Shown piece by piece: positions 9,624 to 13,308 of a DNA stretch of 13,308 bases. Within the stretch, counting starts at the first letter, position 1, and every line of letters starts with the position of its first letter. The notes beneath the pieces are model-generated. The model did no database searches and had not been told where the DNA came from. It worked only from the letters and a program-made list of their open reading frames with translations. This stretch comes from Octopus sinensis (lineage: Eukaryota): the NCBI RefSeq assembly GCF_006345805.1, contig NW_021826404.1:1-13308 (forward strand), written 5' to 3'. The position numbers and the translations under genes were made by a program.

Positions 9624-10276
9624 AAGAGAAAACTACCTTTAATAGGTAATTTTTACACTCTAGAAGAAGCAGTCAAAATGACCAAAAACCACATTTTAAG
9701 AGCAATTTTCGAAGTCTCTTGTATTTAAATATACACTATTTTATATTGAGAATTTTATATTCAGAATTTTTTTGTCAGTTGACTTTTTATGTATACTAGG
9801 CCACTGGTGGTGAATTTTCTAAAAATATTCTCCACCCTATATAATTTTACGAATGTGATTTCAACTTTTCGAAGTTCGGTCCGGCATTTCTCATTATACT
9901 ACCGACTGAAACTGCGCTTGCGCGGTGAATTTTGAAAAATTATAACATATAAAGATGAGACACGTGTTATTTGTCGCTAAATTAGATGTTAGTTGTTAAG
10001 GGACGGTTACTGATGAGGATTTGCCTAGATAATTATTTTATTTCCTAAAATAGTCCGAAACCTAGGTTCGACCGTAAAAGTTTTTATTTTTCATTCCCTT
10101 CGAAAATTGTTCTTAAAATGTGTTTTTCGGTCGTCTTGACTGCTTCTTCAAGCGTGTAAAAATGACCTATTAAAGGTAGTTTTCTCTTGTGTTTAAATGT
10201 ATCCTATTATATATTGAGAATTTTGTTATCCATTCACTGTTTATGCATGCTACTATACCACCCTATATAATTTTAC
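9623..10276 (+). mobile_element. Non-coding hammerhead-containing element with inverted and direct repeats (Penelope-like pseudo-LTR or retrozyme-like; MITE is the alternative)
   Basis: 9623-9714 versus the reverse complement of 10098-10189: 92 bp ungapped, 8 mismatches. Direct repeat 9715-9756 versus 10183-10224 (37/42), plus exact CCACCCTATATAATTTTAC at 9832 and 10258. Hammerhead motif inside. Confidence 0.6.
10003..10075 (+). ncRNA. Type I hammerhead ribozyme motif (minimal, palindromic helix III)
   Basis: ACGGTTA (10003-09), CTGATGA (10010-16), helix II GGATT/AGTCC, GAAA (10057-60), helix III inside palindrome AACCTAGGTT (10059-68), GUU triplet, then CGACCGT (10069-75) pairing back to helix I (6 bp with one G-U; A-C mismatch at the core-proximal pair). 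Confidence 0.75.
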
Positions 10277-10287
10277 ATGTATATATG

Positions 10288-10319
<32 letters not shown>

Positions 10320-10324
10320 AATAT

Positions 10325-10362
<38 letters not shown>
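10277..10362. repeat. Compound (TA)n/(CA)n microsatellite
   Basis: Direct reading. Confidence 0.9.
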
Positions 10363-10366
<4 letters not shown>

Positions 10367-10701
10367 GATTTAAATAAACAATTAAAAATACAGTAAAAAA
10401 ATGAAAATAACAAACGTGAGGTTTACACGGGTAAGTCAAGAGAAGTAAGGAAAAATAAGGAAAAAAGGGCCAACAGACCACGTGCAGTTACATTTCTGAA
10501 GTGACTGGAAGGAGAAAGAGGTTTCTGGGACAGGAGGATGTGAAAATGTTCGGTAAGTGTGTGTGTGGTAACGTGTGTGTATGTGTGACATATATACATA
10601 CATATATATATATGAGGGCAGCTGCATCGAAGTCTCTCATGCACCAAATGGCAATTGCTAAAAAGCATTCGTGAAGTAAAATCATGTAGCAACACCAAAT
10701 G

Positions 10702-10761
10702 GCATGGCCACAGCTCGTGAGCTGAAACTAGATAAAATAAAAAATAAAAAATAAAAATAAA
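10702..10761 (+). mobile_element. 3'-terminal fragment of a SINE B-like element with an (A5T)n tail
   Basis: GCATGGCCACAGCTCGTGAGCTGAAACTAGATAAAA resembles GCATGGCCGCAGTCAAATGACTGAAACAAGTAAAAG (2693-2728). Confidence 0.5.
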
Positions 10762-10764
10762 TAC

Positions 10765-10929
10765 AGGCTTCTTTCAGTTTCCCTTAACAAAATCCATTCA
10801 AAAGGCCTTGGTCTGGGTCAGCCCAGGACTATAGTAGAAGACATTGCTCATGGTACTGCGTAGTGGTACTGAACCGGAAACCACGTGATTGCGAAGCGAA
10901 CTATCTGGCCACACATGCATACCTTCACC
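10765..10929 (-). mobile_element. Decayed 5' half of SINE B
   Basis: GGCTTCTTTCAGTTTCC...CTATAGTAGAAGACA...ACTGAACCGGAAACCACGTG...CCACACA is the reverse complement of 2329-2490, with many substitutions. Confidence 0.72.
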
Positions 10930-11492
10930 CCGTCTGCAAGGGAAGTTATTTCCGACCGAGCCACTGTACCTTGCCTGCTACACATGTATACACGCTGAAG
11001 ACATAAAGGTGAGCATTCTTATTTAACACCGCTTCAATTGTGCAAACTCATTAAAACAAGTAGAGAGTTTACTAACAACATCTCCGAAGATGGCCACACG
11101 CACGGACTGAAAAGAGTGACGTAACACCATATAGACACATCAGGCATTATAGTCTCCTCTATTCACAGCAAGACGCAGAGAGAAACACGGAAATAACAGC
11201 AGGATAAGAATATATTCGCTTAATGGATTTTGAAATGAGGAATCTTGCCACGAAATCTAAAGATATTCCGAAACGAACACGCAGAAACACACAGACACAT
11301 ACACACACACACACACACACTTATGCACAGTACGCACACACGTATGGGTGTATACATTTATAGAGGTGGATGTACGATTTTGAGTATGTATAGAGATTGA
11401 TGTATTTTAAACATATACATGTGCATACACACACATACGTATACATATATTCCTATATATATATTAAATATATATATGAGTATATGTACTGA

Positions 11493-11493
11493 G

Positions 11494-11541
<48 letters not shown>

Positions 11542-11553
11542 TGATAGACAGAG

Positions 11554-11605
<52 letters not shown>

Positions 11606-11617
11606 TGATAGACAGAG

Positions 11618-11701
<84 letters not shown>

Positions 11702-11750
11702 TGATAGACAGAGAGATAGACAGAGAGATAGACAGATACATAGAGAGATG

Positions 11751-11800
<50 letters not shown>

Positions 11801-11834
11801 CAGATAGACAGATAGATAGATAGATAGATAGATA
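11493..11834. repeat. (GATA)n microsatellite with GACA/GAGA variants
   Basis: Direct reading; source of the SIYL-repeat ORFs. Confidence 0.97.
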
Positions 11835-11844
11835 AACATACAAG

Positions 11845-11915
11845 CACACACACACACACACACACACAACACACACACAACACACACACATATATATATA
11901 TATACACAGACACAT
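11845..11915. repeat. (CA)n/(TA)n microsatellite
   Basis: Direct reading. Confidence 0.9.
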
Positions 11916-12038
11916 ATAACGTTTCAAATTCATGTACACACACGTACTTAATACACACAGGCAGAGACTCAGCGCCGTCGCTATCATCACATCCAGCACC
12001 AATGCAAGCACCGCAGTAGAAATGAATATTTCTTTCAT

Positions 12039-12404
12039 CCAGGCAAAATGCTCAGCGGTATTTCGTCTGCCGCTACGTTCTGAGTTCAAATTCCGCCGAG
12101 GTCGACTTTGCCTTTCATCCTCTCGGGATCGATTAAATAAGTACCAGTTACGCACTGGGGTCGATGTAATCGACTTAATCCATCTGTCTGTCCTTGGTTC
12201 TCCCCTCTGTGTTTAGCCCCTTGTAAGTAGTAAAGCAATAGGTATTTCGTCTGCCGTTACGTTCTGAGTTGAAATTCCGCCGAGGGCGATGTCATATTTC
12301 ATCCTTCCAGGGTCGATAAATTAAGTACCAGTTGCGTACTGGAGTCGATCTAATTCACTGCCCCCTCCCCTCAAAATTTTGAGCCTTGTGCCTAGAATAG
12401 AAAA
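12039..12404 (+). mobile_element. SINE family A dimer, lacking the A-box end of the head, with 3' tail
   Basis: GGTATTTCGTCTGCC at 12057 and 12241 (184 bp apart), B box GAGTTCAAATTCC, tail CCCCCTCCCCTCAAAATTTTGAGCCTTGTGCCTAGAATAGAAAA. Confidence 0.85.
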
Positions 12405-12599
12405 CAGTATTTTACACAAATACTACTACTTCTACCACTATTACAGTTTGTGCCTCTCCAACCATGAGCTCCACCTCCAACAATGTTACTATTACCTATA
12501 CTATAATCGCAACACTCATCTCCGAGTTTCTGAGAGTTTTAATTCCTTAAGAAAATATTCTTTTCTTCCTTTACAGGTAATTCCAAATAACCTTTTTCT

Positions 12600-12888
12600 T
12601 TCTTATTCTTTTTTATTTATTTCATTCATTGGAGTGCGACCAAGCTGGAGCACCGCCTTTTAGTCGAACAACCCGATTCCAGAACCTATTGTTTGTAAGC
12701 CTAGTAGTTATTCTATCCGTCGCCTTTGCCGAACTGCTAGATACGGGAACGTAAACACACCAACATCGTTTGTGAAGCGATAGTGGGGAGACAAACACAG
12801 ACAAACACAAACGTATATATGTATACATACATACATACACACATACATATATATATACATACATGTATATGTATATATATATATATAA
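12600..12888 (-). mobile_element. Decayed 3' half of SINE B, including its internal microsatellite
   Basis: GCTGGAGCACCGCCTTTAGTCGA...TTATTCTATC...TTTGCCGAAC...GTAAACACACCAACATCG...GACAAACACAG is the reverse complement of about 2530-2728. Confidence 0.75.
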
Positions 12889-12960
12889 ATTTATTATAAT
12901 AATAATATTAGGGAGTATAACTCCAAACTTACAGGAAAAATTCAATTTAGTACTAAATCA

Positions 12961-13056
12961 AATATATATATATATAAATTAATAAATAAAACATATGCAT
13001 ATATACATACATATATGTACGTACCTACCTCTATATGTATACATACACGCATATAT
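12961..13056. repeat. Degenerate TA/CATA microsatellite
   Basis: Direct reading. Confidence 0.75.
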
Positions 13057-13308
13057 GGGTACACACACCAAAAAAACGTCGAACACAATTAGAAACGAAA
13101 ACATAAACACAAAACCAAGGGACTGGACATTTTTCTTAAACAACGGAAAGATAGAGTACAGGACAAACAACACAAGAAAAATTCCCCTTCTTCAGTCGCC
13201 ATGGTTTCATCTACTCTGCGTTTCGAAGGTGAAGGTGATACGCATCTTCGATAGAACTTTCCTTCCCGCGAAAATCCATTAAATAAAATTTGAGATCTTT
13301 TGCGGAGG

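Noticed and set aside
10431-10558. Two GTAAGT donor matches suggesting an exon
   Set aside because: There is no polypyrimidine tract or convincing acceptor upstream, and only a short open frame.
10642-10704. 12-bp direct repeat CACCAAATGGCA
   Set aside because: It encloses only ~39 bp of unremarkable sequence and cannot be tied to an insertion.
11080-11125. CCGAAGATGGCC...GGACTGAAA hammerhead-like string
   Set aside because: U4 is changed, the helix II closing pair mismatches, and there is no helix III or helix I.
13165-13250. Minus-strand CTGAAGA and CGAAAC as a third hammerhead
   Set aside because: Helices I and III do not form, and the motif order and register do not fit without assuming deletions.
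749-13282. Supplied ORFs as real genes (HT-, CV-, SIYL-, poly-I/L- and PWQAHEG-repeat proteins)
   Set aside because: The long ones are translations of microsatellites, minisatellites or SINE bodies; I recognise no domain in the remaining short ones.

Overview
Eukaryotic, gene-poor, repeat-saturated DNA; no prokaryotic features. The tRNA-headed SINEs and microsatellite load resemble what I recall of coleoid cephalopod (Octopus) genomes, but this is recognition from memory, not a database result. I can support no intact protein-coding gene: almost all supplied ORFs are translations of microsatellites, minisatellites or SINEs. Contents: four types of tRNA-derived SINE (my labels A-D), several tandemly amplified; three tandem arrays; a 5'-truncated, frameshifted R4/Dong-type retrotransposon end (REL endonuclease) sitting in (TAA)n; and long CA, AT, AAT and GATA microsatellites. 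The best lead is at 9623-10276: a type I hammerhead ribozyme motif with an intact catalytic core and palindromic helix III (10003-10075). It lies inside a non-coding element with a 92-bp inverted repeat and a decayed direct terminal redundancy (period ~468 bp), which resembles a Penelope-like pseudo-LTR or retrozyme.
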